64,000 nucleotides of DNA, taken from Leucoraja ocellata. Lineage: Eukaryota. Of this stretch, positions 47,023 through 59,599 are shown piece by piece (position 1 is the first letter of the stretch; each line of letters begins with the position of its first letter). Position numbers and translations under genes: made by a program. The stretch covers positions 6,138,001-6,202,000 of the forward strand of contig JAWMAR010000035.1 of assembly GCA_036785375.1 (NCBI GenBank), written 5' to 3'. The notes below the pieces were generated by a model. It made no database searches. It was not told where the DNA came from and saw nothing but the letters and a program-made list of their open reading frames with translations.

Positions 47023-49535
47023 TTTACCCAACCACCATTTTCAGAAATTCTACTCCAACGATAATTTTCTCCGTATTGTCAGCAATTCCCCCACCAAATT
47101 CTCCCATTCATCTAAATGCAAGGGGCAATTTAAAGGCCAATTAACCTACCAACCCACATATCTTTGACGTGTGGGAAGAAGACAGAGCACCTGGAAGAAA
47201 CTCTGGCAGTCACAGGGAGAATGTGCAAACTCCACAAAGACGGGATTGAACCCGGATCTTTGGCTCTGTAAAGCAACGACTCTACAAGTTGCATCACTGT
47301 TCCACCTTGGACGATTGTACTCTCTCCACGCCCACGTCAAAAGATATTTAAAATATTGAAATACCTAGGACTGTGCCATGGGATTAGGTTATATACAGTA
47401 CAGGAAGGCATGCATGGAGTACAAAGAGGAGAAAATAATTCACTCCTGCAATTATACTATATGTTGCACCCACTAATCATTCAATTGAACAAACTTGAAC
47501 TAATTTCTCTGGAGCTTTGGAGATTGAGGAAGACCTGATAGAAGTATATAAAATTACAAGAGGCATAGTCAGGATAGATAGTCAAAGCCTTTCCCCCAGA
47601 GTGGACATGTCAAACACTAGAAGGTACTTCTTTAAGTTGAGGGGGAATATTTAAAAAAAAATTATGTGATGGGGAAAGTTTTTTTAATTCAACAAAATAT
47701 AGTGATGGGTGCCTGGAACATGCTGTCTGGAGGTGGTGGAAGCAGGCAAGATGGTGGCTTTTGAGCAGCTTTTAGATAGGCATGTGGATGTGCAGGTAAT
47801 TGGGGGGGGGGGGGGGGGGGGGGATAGAGAGATATGGATCATCTGCAGGCAGGGGAGATTTAAAAAAAACTTGGCATCATGATCAGCACAGAAATTGCGG
47901 GCCAAAAAGCTTGCTCGTGTACTGCACTGTTAATGAATCCTTGCATTTAATTACCTGAACTTCAAAGCAGTTAATGTACTTGACATGAATATTTAAGATG
48001 GAACAGTGTGTAAACATAGCTGTCTATACTCTGGATGACATTCTCAACAGATATCTATTCTGACAAAACTAAATTCACTGCCAAGTTGAATTTACTACGA
48101 CAGACATTTTTGCCAGCCTCTCTCCATTACATGATCTGCAATCTGCTTAGTGACTTCTTATCCTATAGCTTTCATATTTTTTTAAATAAAATGGAGAATG
48201 CATGATTTTGCACTTGAAACATGGGATTTGGTAACAGTATTATACAAAAGTTACTTTTATAAAGGACAATAAGCTCACAGTCAAAGCAAAATCATTAAGA
48301 ATATTTCAGAGAACAACGAACAAAGTGATTGAGAAAATATTGACAATGAACATGGTTATTGACAAACCCAATGAATTACACAAACATGCCAGTGTCATTG
48401 AATTCACAGGTTTGTATACATTTACTGTAAATACTCCTTTAGTTTAGTTTAAATATACAACATGGAAACAAGCCCTTCCTCCCACCCAATTCCACGCCGA
48501 CCATCAATCACCCGTTCACACTAGTTCTATGTTATACCACTATCACAGCACTCCCTACACACTAGGGACAATTTACAGAGAACAAATATAACATTTCCAC
48601 AATTTTTTGCTTTTTGAAAAACAGATTTAAGAAATGAACACAGGTTTAACTCACAATTACCACAACCAGACATTTCATTTCACTGAGCAGATTTGAAATA
48701 AGCTTGTAAAAAATCTCATAATTAGTTGACGATCAAAAATTCATTCAACGTCAACTGATCTCGCAAACATTTACTTCTGCGGTAATTCTTAATAAATCAT
48801 CTACATTTTATTTTAAATCAATGTAAACCTGTAACTGTGAAAATACCTAATTTTAAATGCACATTTACTACTCAGTAAAGTTAACAAAAAAGTCACACAC
48901 GCTGTGATTTGGTAACGCCCAATAACCGCACAAGGTCTGTTTTATCACCAGTCACAATCAGTGATCATATTCTCGACAGCCTCGCACAGCCAATGCACCA
49001 TACACTGGCGCAAAGGCGTACTATACTGCCTAGGATGATACAAATTCATGCTTAGGGGCTTCCATTCCCTTTGTAAATTTAAATAAATATATATATATTT
49101 CTCGATCGGTACACTGAAAATATATTAACAGGAGGAAAAAGGACATATCAGGGCTCGAATTCAAAACACTGCTCAAATAACAAGCTTGGTTGCCACACCT
49201 TCACTCTAGGCGACTCTCATCAATGTGTGCAAGGATTGCGAAGACGCATTTGAATTGACACAACATATTTTTGATGGGTTCTTGTTCATTCTGGGAACAA
49301 TGGAGAGCCAGTGATCAGGAGAAAATGAAATGAAAGAAATGCTTCCATTTAAAAAAAAATATCACTACTGATGTGGAATTGAGAGGATGGGGTTGAGGGG
49401 TATAAGCTGAGCAGTGCCTGCACTTTCCATCGCGACCCACACTGGTCCCTCCACGTCCCGCCGGCCTGAGGATACGGACACCTGTCCGTAACCCGGCAAC
49501 TGGCCTCCCCCCACTCCACACGCCGGGATACTCAC

Positions 49536-49735
49536 TTGCTCTGGGGTTCCACGCAAACACTGGGCCTGGCTTTCGAACGGAACAGCAGAGAGAGGTTAAC
49601 GGTGAAGAGAGAGCGCCATCCAGACCGCGCGTACCACCGATCGACCTCCTGGCGCTCACATCTTGTCGCCTCCAAGCCGGAGCGCCGAGGCGTCGCCGCC
49701 CATGGTGCGAGGCGCGGCCCCTCCACACTGGTCAC
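49536..49735 (-). other. PKP4: PKP4 non-coding exon 1 (start site approximate)
   Basis: CAA|GTGAGT donor at 49536/49535 inside the CpG island, upstream of the exon-2 acceptor at 19107. The intron would be ~30.4 kb. Confidence 0.65.
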
Positions 49736-49806
49736 CCACCACCTGGCCGCCACGCTATTGGCCACTCGCCGCGCCACATGACAGCCAACCGCAGGGCGAG
49801 TACTTG

Positions 49807-49820
49807 GTTGCCATGGCGCC
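49807..49820. promoter_or_regulatory. RFX X-box-like site
   Basis: GTTGCCATGGCGCC versus the consensus GTTGCCATGGCAAC (12/14). Confidence 0.55.
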
Positions 49821-49938
49821 GGCCGGGCTGTCAACAAGCCGCTGATCCTGCCAGGGCCGCCATTGCTCCGGCCCATCCGTCCGAGGCGCCCGGCCTGCGT
49901 CTGGTGAACGTAAACCACCCCCTCCCTCCCCGTGAGAT
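49821..49938 (+). other. CCDC148: Candidate CCDC148 non-coding exon 1 (start uncertain)
   Basis: The exon at 54712 has a splice acceptor, so an upstream exon is required. GAT|GTGAGT donor at 49939. Confidence 0.45.
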
Positions 49939-50002
49939 GTGAGTTAAATTTGCTATCAGTTTCGCACTAACGAAGGAAATTATTTTTCCTATTCAGACAT
50001 TT

Positions 50003-50190
50003 TCGGTCTGATGAAGGGTCCCGAACCGAAAGGTCATCTTTCCATGTGTAAGAAGGAACTACAGATGCTGGTTTAAACAGAAGATGGGCACAAAAAGCTG
50101 GAGTAACTCAGCTTTTTGTGTCTATCGCCACCTATCCATGTTCTGCACAGATGCTGCCTGACCCGCTGAATTACTCCAGCACCTGTGTGT
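50003..50190 (+). mobile_element. Hammerhead-headed Penelope tail with a second copy nested in reverse
   Basis: GGTCTGATGAAGGGTCCCGAACCGAAAGGTCATC at 50005-50038. Reverse tail at ~50046-50125. Confidence 0.7.
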
Positions 50191-50214
50191 ATTTCATTCG
50201 TTTCTGTGAAATAC

Positions 50215-50500
50215 TTAGCGCAGTTGGTGGAGCCGCTGCCTCACATCGCCAGAGACCCAGTTTCCATCCTGACTGCGGGTTCTCCCTGTGACCGCGTGGG
50301 TTTCCTGCAGGTGCTCTGGTTTCCTCCCATATCTCTAAGACGTGGGAGGCGTGTAGGTTAATTGGCCCTCTGTAAATTGATCCTTGTGTGTAGGGAGTGG
50401 ATGAGAAAGTAGGAATATACAGAACTAATGTGAAACGTGTGATCGGTGGCCGGCGTGGGCTGAAGAGCCCATTTTCATGCTGTAATTCTAAACTAAACTT
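50215..50500 (+). mobile_element. HE1-like V-SINE
   Basis: tRNA head, V-domain and CR1-type tail ending CTAAACTAAACT. Confidence 0.8.
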
Positions 50501-50558
50501 GATTAATTGATTAAAGAATGTTATCATTACATTTTATGTAAAGTAATGTTAATATCAT

Positions 50559-50708
50559 GTAGAAACAAGGAACTGCAGATGCTGCTTTAAGAAAATAGTG
50601 CTGGAGTAGCATCCTGTCTGAATAAAGGTCCAGACCCCAAACGTCACCCATCCTTTTTCTCCAGAGATGCTGCCTGATTGCTGATTTACTCCAGCACTTT
50701 GTGTCCTA
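50559..50708. mobile_element. Fold-back Penelope derivative with 15-bp TSD
   Basis: TAATGTTAATATCAT is duplicated at 50544-50558 and 50709-50723. Decayed GTCTGAATAAAGGTCCAGACCCCAAACGTC core. Confidence 0.8.
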
Positions 50709-50777
50709 TAATGTTAATATCATATCTGATATTCGGTCCAATAAATGGACTGAATTGATTATGCAGTTGTTAGGAGG

Positions 50778-50930
50778 AGGAGACACAAAAAACTGCAGAT
50801 TGCTGGAATCGAACAAAATATAATGCTGGAGGAACACAGACAGAAGAAGGTCTTGACCTGAAACCTCGACTGTCCATTCCCTCCACAGATGCTGCCTGAC
50901 CTGCTGTGTTTTTCCAGCACTTTGTGTGTT
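50778..50930. mobile_element. Fold-back Penelope derivative, older variant
   Basis: AACTGCAGAT..ATGCTGGAGGAAC arm, GAAGAAGGTCTTGACCTGAAACCTCGACTG core, and an inverse arm. Confidence 0.65.
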
Positions 50931-51718
50931 AAGAGGTGGTCTTGTTGTAGATTTAGATGCCAGAATCAGTTGTCCCATTAGCTCTGCAGTTCCAGACAGT
51001 TACAACACTGGTATCTGCCCAGCTACATTGGAAGTTGCTCAGATATAGCCTATTCACATGAAGCAGGACAATTCAAGTTCAGAAAATGACTGAATTTTAG
51101 GTCATTAGCTTTGTCATGGAAGGTAGTATCGGCAGCGCTATGAAGCCGCACTCGCTATCCAAAGATCAGATCATCATTGCCCAAAAACCAGGATCATTTG
51201 ATTTCCCACCTCATCACAGATTTGATCCAGACATAGCTCAATTTAAGAGGACAGATAAAAGTGACTGCCCCTGACATCTGGATAGCATTTGACCAAGTGT
51301 GGCACCAAGAAGTTCTGGTGTAAAATAACTCAATGGGCATCAAGAAGAAAACATTCATTTGTTGGTGTCAAAGCTTGCAGAAATCAAGATGGCTTGTATT
51401 GTTGGAGGCAAATGGTCCAGACCAAGGGTGGTGCCCTCAGGCCAATTATTTTTGACTACTTCATCAGTGTCAGAAGTTGGGAGATTTGCTACTGGTTGCA
51501 CTATATTTAATTCCATTTGCAGCTCCTCATCAAATTAAAAAGAAAACCCCTCTCCCGCCACTGTCAGTAGCAGGACCTGGAGCTAGACTGATATGTGGCA
51601 GATAACATTTGTACCATAGAAATGCTAGGTAATAGTCATGTCTAACATGAGAGAGCTGAATCAAATATCCTTGGCATAACTCTACCATCACCAACTAGAA
51701 ACTGAACTGGAACAACTA

Positions 51719-52889
51719 CAGTGCCCTCCATAATGTTTGGGGCAAACACTCATCATTTATTTATTTGCCTCTGTACTCCACAATTTGATATTTGTAATAG
51801 AAAATATCACATGTGGTTAAAGTGCACATTGTCAGATTTTAAAAATAAAGGCCATTTTTATACATTTTGGTTTCATCATGTAGAAATTACAGCAGTGTTT
51901 ATACGTAGTTCCCCCCATTTCAGGGCACCATAATGTTTGGGACACAGCAATCATATGTAAATGAAAGTAGTCATGTTTAGAATTTTGTTGCATATCCTTT
52001 ACATGCAATGACTGCTTGAAGTCTGCGATTCATGGACATCTCCAGTTGCTGGGTGTCTTCTCTGGTGATGCTCTGTCAGGCCTGTATTGCAGCTATTTTT
52101 AGCTTATGCTTGTTTTGGGGGCTAGTCCCCTTCAGTTTTCGCTTCAGCATATAAAAGGCATGCTCAATTGGATTCAGATCGGGTAATTGACCATTTTTTA
52201 ACTTTGAAAAACTCCTTTGTTGCGTTAGCAGTATGTTTGGGATCATTGTCTTGCTGTAGAATGCACCACCGGCCAATGAGTTTGAGGCATTTGTTTGAAC
52301 TTAAGCAGATAGGATGTGCTATACACATCAGAATTCATTATGCTGCTACTATCAGCAGTTGTATCATCAATGAAGTGATCCAGTATCTTCAGCAGCCATA
52401 CATGCCCAGGCCATAACACCCCCACCACCTTGTTTCACAGATGAGGTGGTATGCTTTGGATCTTCGGCAGTTCCTTCTCTCCTCCATACTTTGCTCTTGC
52501 CATCACTCTGATATGTTAATCTTCGTCTCATCTGTCCACAATACCTTTTTCCAGAACTGTGGTTGCTCTTTTAAGTTCTTCTTGGCAAACTGTAACCTGG
52601 CCATCCTATTTTGCGGCTAACCAGTGGTTTGCATCTTGCAGTGTAGCCTCTGTATTTCTGTTCATTAATTCTTCTGCAGACAGTGGCCATTGACAAATCC
52701 ACACCTAAATCCTGAAGAGTGTTTCTGATCTGTCGGACAGGTGTTTGGGTTTTTTTCTTTACTATAGGGAGAATTCTTCTGTCATCAGCTGTGGATGTCT
52801 CCGTTGTCCTGCCAGTCCCTTTGTGATTAGAAAGCTCACCAGTGCTCTTTTTCTTCTTAATGATGTTCCAAACATTATGGAGGGCATTG
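51719..52889 (-). mobile_element. Tc1 element of the same family as 6240-9317, internally deleted
   Basis: TA|CAGTGCCCTCC ... GGAGGGCATTG|TA. Full ~230-bp IR/DR at 51719-51945. Minus-strand transposase remnants (PDLNPIEHAFYMLKRKL). Confidence 0.93.
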
Positions 52890-52897
52890 TATATGGA

Positions 52898-53035
52898 TGT
52901 AATAAAAATGAACAGCAGATGCTGTGTTTATACTAAAGATAGACACAAAATGCCAGAGTAACTCAGCGGGTCAGGTAGCATCTCTGGAGAAAATAGATAG
53001 GTGACATTTCAGGTCAGGACCCTTCTTCCGACTCA
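52898..53035 (-). mobile_element. Short hammerhead-headed Penelope tail
   Basis: Reverse complement reads AGTCGGAAGAAGGGTCCTGACCTGAAATGTCACC...AGATGCTACCTGACCCGCTGAG. Confidence 0.75.
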
Positions 53036-54716
53036 TCGCAAACAATTCAGACAACCATATGGATACTATGACTATACGGGCAGAGTAGAAGTTCCCCATC
53101 TAGAATATTCAACAATCCTTTATCACTGACCCAGCCCAATCATATTAATTCTTGTCTTCCTGCCAGCTTAGCACTCATGATCTCATCTGACATGTTCAAT
53201 CATGCAAGGTCGCAGATATTTTAAACCTCCAATCTTGTTCCCAATCAGTATTTATTTAGTTCCATCTGAAAATGTGACTTGATGTCAATAAACCTTTTTT
53301 CTGAGGTCTCTTTTCTTTGACGTGTTAAAAAAAGTGTAAGGCTTACTTTAGCATATAGTCTTACATGATCTTATTAGGGTTAACTATTTGTCAGTGCCTG
53401 GGGGTTAAGCCACAAATTCTGCATTCATATGCATCATCTACATTTCTTAGCATTTTAAAGTATTTCAAAAAAGTCACTCATCCATTTTACTACCTAGCTT
53501 AATTGTTTCAATTCCCAATTTTCTCCCCCCACCCTCCAAAACTGGAGCTTATCCAAAATCTTGCGTTGTGTACCCAATATATTAACTTAGTCTTCTTTGG
53601 CTCCTGGTTTACTAAAGTATTTATTTTTATAATTCCAATCCTTGTGTTCAGCTTTGCCACTTCCTATCTTTGAAGAGCAATACCTATGGACACCCTGTCT
53701 GTAAATAGCGTTGACTATTGTGCATCCCAATTCCTTTCCCCTGACAATTGAGGGGCATTTCTTCAGGTGCCCAGACAATCAGCTTGGAAATTATTTCACA
53801 AAGTCTGTTCCTCTCTTTCAATATACTTTTTATACTATTAAAATTTACTTCTTCCTTAGAACTTTTTATCTCTGCCCTAATATTTTATTTTAATTGGCAT
53901 CAGTGTTTAAAGTATTTTAGGAAGGTTATTATATAAATACAAATGATTGTTTTCAAAGAGGCTTGAACATCCTGATGTGTGTGCTCAATCATTGGGCAGA
54001 AACAATATTTTAATGAGTTAAATGCTGTGTTCCAAAGTAATCCAAAGTTATCCTTCTCAAATAAATTAATGTAGTTTGGAGAGCAATGTACCAAAAGCGA
54101 TTTATCATTTGAGATTATTGGTAATTTATTTTCACAATAAAGAAATATTTTTCCATCATTAATGTAATGCAAACATGATAGAAATCTGACGTTCCTTTCC
54201 TGTCTGACCTACGCATAATTCCAAATTGACAAATACATTGACGACTCTTACCCATCTACTCGCAAACTACTACAACAAAACAGAATAAGAAATAAATTAC
54301 ACAAACCAGATAACATTGAACTAGACACCATATTTGGAACAACATCCAATCGACCATGCAAAATCAATAGTCCGTGATACCCTCCTGAAGAAGTAGATAG
54401 CATCTTGGTTTGTTATTGCATCAGAAAGATGGCAGCTGTGCAAGACTCCATAAGAGATGTTAGCCTGGAACTTTCTCATCTGTAGTGCACTTGAGCCATA
54501 ACTGGGTGCCGCAGATGTGTTAGGGGAGGGCTACCAACCAAACCCATTACTGACATTTTTTTAATCTGAAGACCACTTATTGAAGTAATTGGTACCCATT
54601 TCAGAAATTAATATAATCTATTGATAATATATATTCCAACTTCCCTTGTAAGAAAGTACTCTAATTCACAATATCAGTTTAAAATAATTTGTGCAATTTA
54701 CTTTTCCATAGGAATA

Positions 54717-54771
54717 ATGAGTGGAAGAGATCTTAGAATGTTCATCACAAATCACAGAGCAGAAGATGCAG
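54717..54771 (+). CDS. CCDC148: CCDC148 first coding exon (exon starts 54712)
   Basis: cttttccatag|GAATA ATG ... GCA G|gtaatg gives MSGRDLRMFITNHRAEDA. Its phase-1 end joins the next exon in frame (G+AG = Glu). Confidence 0.8.
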
Positions 54772-55129
54772 GTAATGTAAAATACATCTTTCTTCCTGCA
54801 GCTGGTTTATACAATTATCCATCAAATCAAGGCTGTACATCCTGAACGTGTGCTGAGCTAGGTTATCTTTTGAGAACTTCCATTGATTTAAAATAATACA
54901 ATGTTTAATAAAAGACAAATATCAGCTGTTCCATCCATGTGTGTTATCTGATGTATTCTTCCTGAACTGCAAATGTATGGATCTGATTCAATACAGGATC
55001 TCGCTAGTCTAATTTCCAGATGCTAGTTATACAAATTCACAAATTAACCTATACAAAAAAATGTCAATGTAACAATGCCTTCAGGAGGAGCAATGTGGTA
55101 AAATAAATCTTGGAAGAACTATATAGCCA

Positions 55130-55390
55130 TTTAGAACTAATACGAGGAAAAACATTTTCACCCAGAGAGTTGTGATTTGTGGAATTCTCTGCATCAGAAG
55201 GCAATGGAGGCCGACTCACTGGATGCATTGAAAAGAGAGTTAGATAGAGTTCTTAGGGCTAGCGGTATCAAGGGATATGGGGAGAAGACAGGAAAGGGGT
55301 ACTGATTGTGGATGATCAGCCATGCTCACATTGAATGGCGGTGCTAGCTCAAAGGGCCAAATGGCCTACCCCTGCTATCATTTTCTATGT
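55130..55390 (+). mobile_element. CR1 3' end
   Basis: TTTTCACCCAGAGAGTTGTG...GATGATCAGCCATG...AATGGCCTAC tail. Confidence 0.85.
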
Positions 55391-56725
55391 AAGAACAGAA
55401 ATAAGTGTGAATAAGTTTTTAACAAATCGGAAGGAGATTAGTTCACAACTTTAATGTTTTCATGTGAAAGTCTAAAGGATGGACTGTTTTGTGGTATGGG
55501 TAGCATGCTGCTGTGCTCCACCAACTAAAGGTCTCAGGTTTTAATTTAAGCATGTTTAGAGTTAGATTATCTTGGATAGGCTTATCGCTGTTGGCTTTTA
55601 GCAAAGCAAAAACATTTTGAATCCTTGTTGCTAATAGCTACACAGCACCTCAGCAGGAAACATTGTGGTTTCAAAAAGCTATTGAAATTCTGTGGTTAAT
55701 CTCCTAAAATAACTGCATTTTATTTTAAGTAACTTATTTTTAAACTTTAGTGATGATTTGATGAGATGAAAATGCTATTAAATATCAAGTGAATAAAATG
55801 GCAAATGAAATTCATGGATGCCCAGACATTCTACAGTGACCATTTGTTTAAAACAAAAATCATTATTTCATATTCTTTCCAAATCTAAGGTAAACTACAA
55901 TAAAATTAAAATTCTAATAGCCTAGTATCAATAATGTATGCTTCAACATCTTTTAAATCAATATATTTCCCATTGTCTAAGATAAACTACTTTACAGCTT
56001 CATCTTGAATAATTTGACTTCTCATTGACAATGTGCACTAGAGCGATGCACAAACCAAACAGAAAAAATAGTTAATGGAGATTATATCGGATGTATATGA
56101 ACATCTTGCAGGGAACAGATCAATAATGAGCACAATTAGCCAACAATGCAACTGTTATATTGACTGTACCTTTGAGGTGCTCTTTAGAATTAATTTTTTA
56201 TAAAAATAATTATCCTGATATTTGATGTTTGGGTTCTGGTATTTTCATATTTTACTTTAATTCAGTATGAATTACAGATGCATGAAACTAAAATAATTAT
56301 GTATATAATGTCATTGTCAAGGGCAAGTGGCTAGTGGCTATGTAATTTTGGTCTGAATACAAAATATGTTTTGAACAATGTGTTAAAATATTTGTTTTCT
56401 ATTTGTTAGAAAGAAGACTTTATAATTTTCAGTTGGACCAAATAAAATTCCAAAATACAGATTCAGAATTTATCCTGTAACATAAATAGGATAACATATT
56501 TAACATTTTGGTAAGATAGGGTAGAACTAGATAATATGGAAACAGTAAAGCAACAAATAAATAATCTAAATTATATCAGTCAAGGTTGAATATTACTGTG
56601 AAGGACGTAAGATCTCACAATAACTGGTGACTTTATTATGTTTCATTTTCTTGTGCACTTGGTTTTCTTTTGCATATCTAGGAATGTATTGTGAAACATT
56701 TTCTGCTTCTATAATTTTCCATTAG

Positions 56726-56847
56726 AGAAACTGGTTATAAGAATAAAAAATGGTGTTGGAAGTCAGACGTATAAACCAATTGACTATCAACAACTTCAAG
56801 CACTTGCTGAAGCTAAAAGGATGGCATGTCTTGACACTGATCGCAAG
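56726..56847 (+). CDS. CCDC148: CCDC148 coding exon (122 nt)
   Basis: attag|AG AAA ... AAG|gtaaat gives (E)KLVIRIKNGVGSQTYKPIDYQQLQALAEAKRMACLDTDRK, matching recalled human ..KYKPVDYQQLRALTEAKK.. Confidence 0.9.
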
Positions 56848-57754
56848 GTAAATCAATTCCGAACAAACCCGTTAACAAAAATTTCCACACGGCTAAATTT
56901 TGTCCAAAGATAAATAACCATGTATTCTCAAAAGCTTTGTCTTTTTGTTTATTTCCTTCTATGAAATGTTCACATTTTAGTATAGTTTACTAAAAAATAA
57001 TAGATTATTCATTTGACTGTAATAGAGATTATCTCGGGCCACTTGCATGTCTATACACATTTATTTAGAGGGAGCAGGTTGACAAATTGTTCCTTGCTGC
57101 TGTGAACATTTGAATAATACTGGATCAAGAGATAAGGACACATGCAGGAGAAAAAATAAATTGCATACCAGTTATAAAAATCTTAATTTCACTATTGAGA
57201 CAACAACGATATTATTTGAATATTGGAAACATCAATCCTATATAATTTCCAAATATTAGAAGGTAATTTTGTTGAATGTAATACTAAATAACTTTAAAAA
57301 GTAGAGACAAGAAACTGCAGATGCTGGTTTATAAAAAAACACATTGTGCTGGAATAACAGAGGGTCAGGCAGCATCTGTGGGTGAAGTTTGGGCCAGGAC
57401 CCTACTAGAGAGCTTATTCTTAATTGTTGTTTCCGTTCCTATCTTACACTCAGAAAAGAGGATTTAGTTTAGTTTATTATTATTATTGTCAAATGTAACG
57501 AGGTACAGTGAAAAGTTTTGTTGTTGTGTGCAAACAGATATTTTGGCTTTGTGTACATGGCAAGGGACACAGATTACTTAAATGCTGAGGAACTAAAAAT
57601 GTAATGAAAACTAGAGATTAGAAGAAATTAGGATAAATAAAACAGTGCTAGAGAAATCAATGGAATAAAAGCTGATACATCCCCATGGCTTGATAATCTG
57701 TAATTTAAAAAAATCTATCCATGAAAAATATTCTATCAGTTATGAAATAGTGTC

Positions 57755-59367
57755 ATGAGAGCAGTCAGGATTACCATCGATGAACTACTGAAGGTACTGT
57801 CGTATTTGAAGATAGACAAATCTCCAGGCCCTAATGAGATATATCCAAGGACATTACGGGAAACTAGAAAGGAAATTGCGAGAACCCTAGTTGAAATTTA
57901 CGAGTCGCCCTTATATCCAGGAGAGGTGCTGGAAGACTGAGGGTGGCAAATGTTGTGTCTCTTTTCAAGAAGGGCTGCAGGGAAAATGCTGGAAACTATA
58001 GGCCGGTGAGCTTAACATCTGTAGTTGGCAAGTTACTGGAGAGTATTCTGAGGTTTAAGATATACAGGCATTTGGATGGGCAAGGGCTGATTAGGGACAG
58101 TCAGCATGGTTTTGTACGTTGGAGATCGTGTCTCACAAATCTGATTGATTTTTTTGAAGACATGACCAAAAAGGTTGATGAAGGCAGACCTACAGATGTT
58201 GTGGACATGGTCTTCAGTAAGGCATTCGACAAGGTTCCGCAAGGTAGGCTGCCCTGGAAGGTGAGATCACATGGGATCCAAGGAGAGATAGCTGAATGGA
58301 TAGCAAATTGGCTCCATGGAAGGAAGCTAAGGGTGATGGTGGAAGGTTGTTTCTCAGACTGGAGGCCTGTGACTAGTGGTTTGCCTAAGGGTTCGGTGTT
58401 GGGCCCCATTACTGTTTGTCATCTATATCAATGATTTGGATGAGAACAAGTTTAGCAAGTTTGCTGATGATACAAAAGTTAGTGGTTTTGCAGATAGTGA
58501 AGATGGTTGTGAACGATTGCAGCAGGATCTGGATCGATTGGCCAGGTGGGTTTGAGGAATGGTTGATGGAATTTAGTGCAGAGAAGTGTGAGGTGTTGCA
58601 TTTTGGGACGTCGAACAAGGGCAGGACATACACTGTAAATGGTAGGCCTCTGGGTAGTGTTGTCGAGCAGTGGGATCTAGGAGTACAGGTGCATGGTTCC
58701 TTGAAGGTTGAGTTGCAGGTAGATAAGGTGATCAAAAAGGCTTTTGGCATTTTGGCCTTCATCAGTCAGATTATTGAGTATAGAAGTTTGGCAGTTGTAC
58801 TGTATAAGATGTTGGTGAGACCGCATTTAGAATATTGTATTCAGTTCTGGGCACCATGTTATAGGAAAGATATTGTCAAGCTTGAAAGGGTTCAGAAAAG
58901 ATTTACTAGGATTTTGCCAGGACTAGAGGGCATGAACTATAGGGAGAGGTTGAGTAGGCTGGGTCTATTCCATGGAGCTCAGGAGTTTGAGGGGAGATCT
59001 TATAGAGGTGTACAAAATCATGAGAGGACTAGATCGGGTAGATGCACGATGGCCAGTAGGGGAATCGAGGACTAGAGGACATACATAGGTTCAGGGCGAT
59101 GGGGAAAAGATTTAATAGGAATCCGAGGGGTAACTTTTTCACACAAAGGGTGGTGGGTGTTTGGAACAAGCTGCCAGTGGAGGTAGTTGAGTCTGGGACT
59201 ATCCCATCGTTTAAGAAACATTTAGACAGGTACATGGATAGGACAGGTTTGGAGGGATGTGGACCAAGCGCAGGCAAGTGTGACTAGGGTAGCTGGGACA
59301 TTGTTGGCTGGTGTGGGCGAGTTGGGCCAAAGGGCCTGTTTCCACACTGTATCACTCTATGACTCTA
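57755..59367 (+). mobile_element. CR1 LINE 3' half
   Basis: KSPGPNEIYPRTL, NYRPVSLTSVVGKLLE, SQHGF, FADD and RPHLEYCIQFWAP motifs, with a CACTCTATGACTCTA tail. Confidence 0.95.
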
Positions 59368-59599
59368 CAACTCTAAGTTTGTAGATAACACTAAAATAGC
59401 TGGTATCGTAGACAGTGAAGCAAGAATTGCAGTTCGATCTTGATCAGCTGGGCAAGGAGGCAAAATAGAATGGCAAAATAAATTCAATGCAGAGGAGTGT
59501 GAGGTGTTGTATTTTGGGAAGTCAAGCGAGGTTAGGGCTTTCACAGTGAACATACGGGGCCCTGAGAAGTGTTGTAGAACAGAATTTAGCTAGAATTTA

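Larger units (their letters stand above)
49430..49940. promoter_or_regulatory. CpG island / bidirectional promoter of PKP4 and CCDC148
   Basis: The only non-repeat GC/CpG-rich block in the window. Divergent GTGAGT splice donors at 49535 (minus) and 49939 (plus). ATTGG (CCAAT box) at 49757-49761. Confidence 0.85.

Noticed and set aside
49315-49918. 128-137 aa ORFs across the CpG island
   Set aside because: Non-ATG starts, Arg/Ala/Gly-rich CpG-island composition, and they read through the splice donor.
54420-54437. CTCF-like CAGAAAGATGGCAGC
   Set aside because: Only the 3' half matches the consensus.
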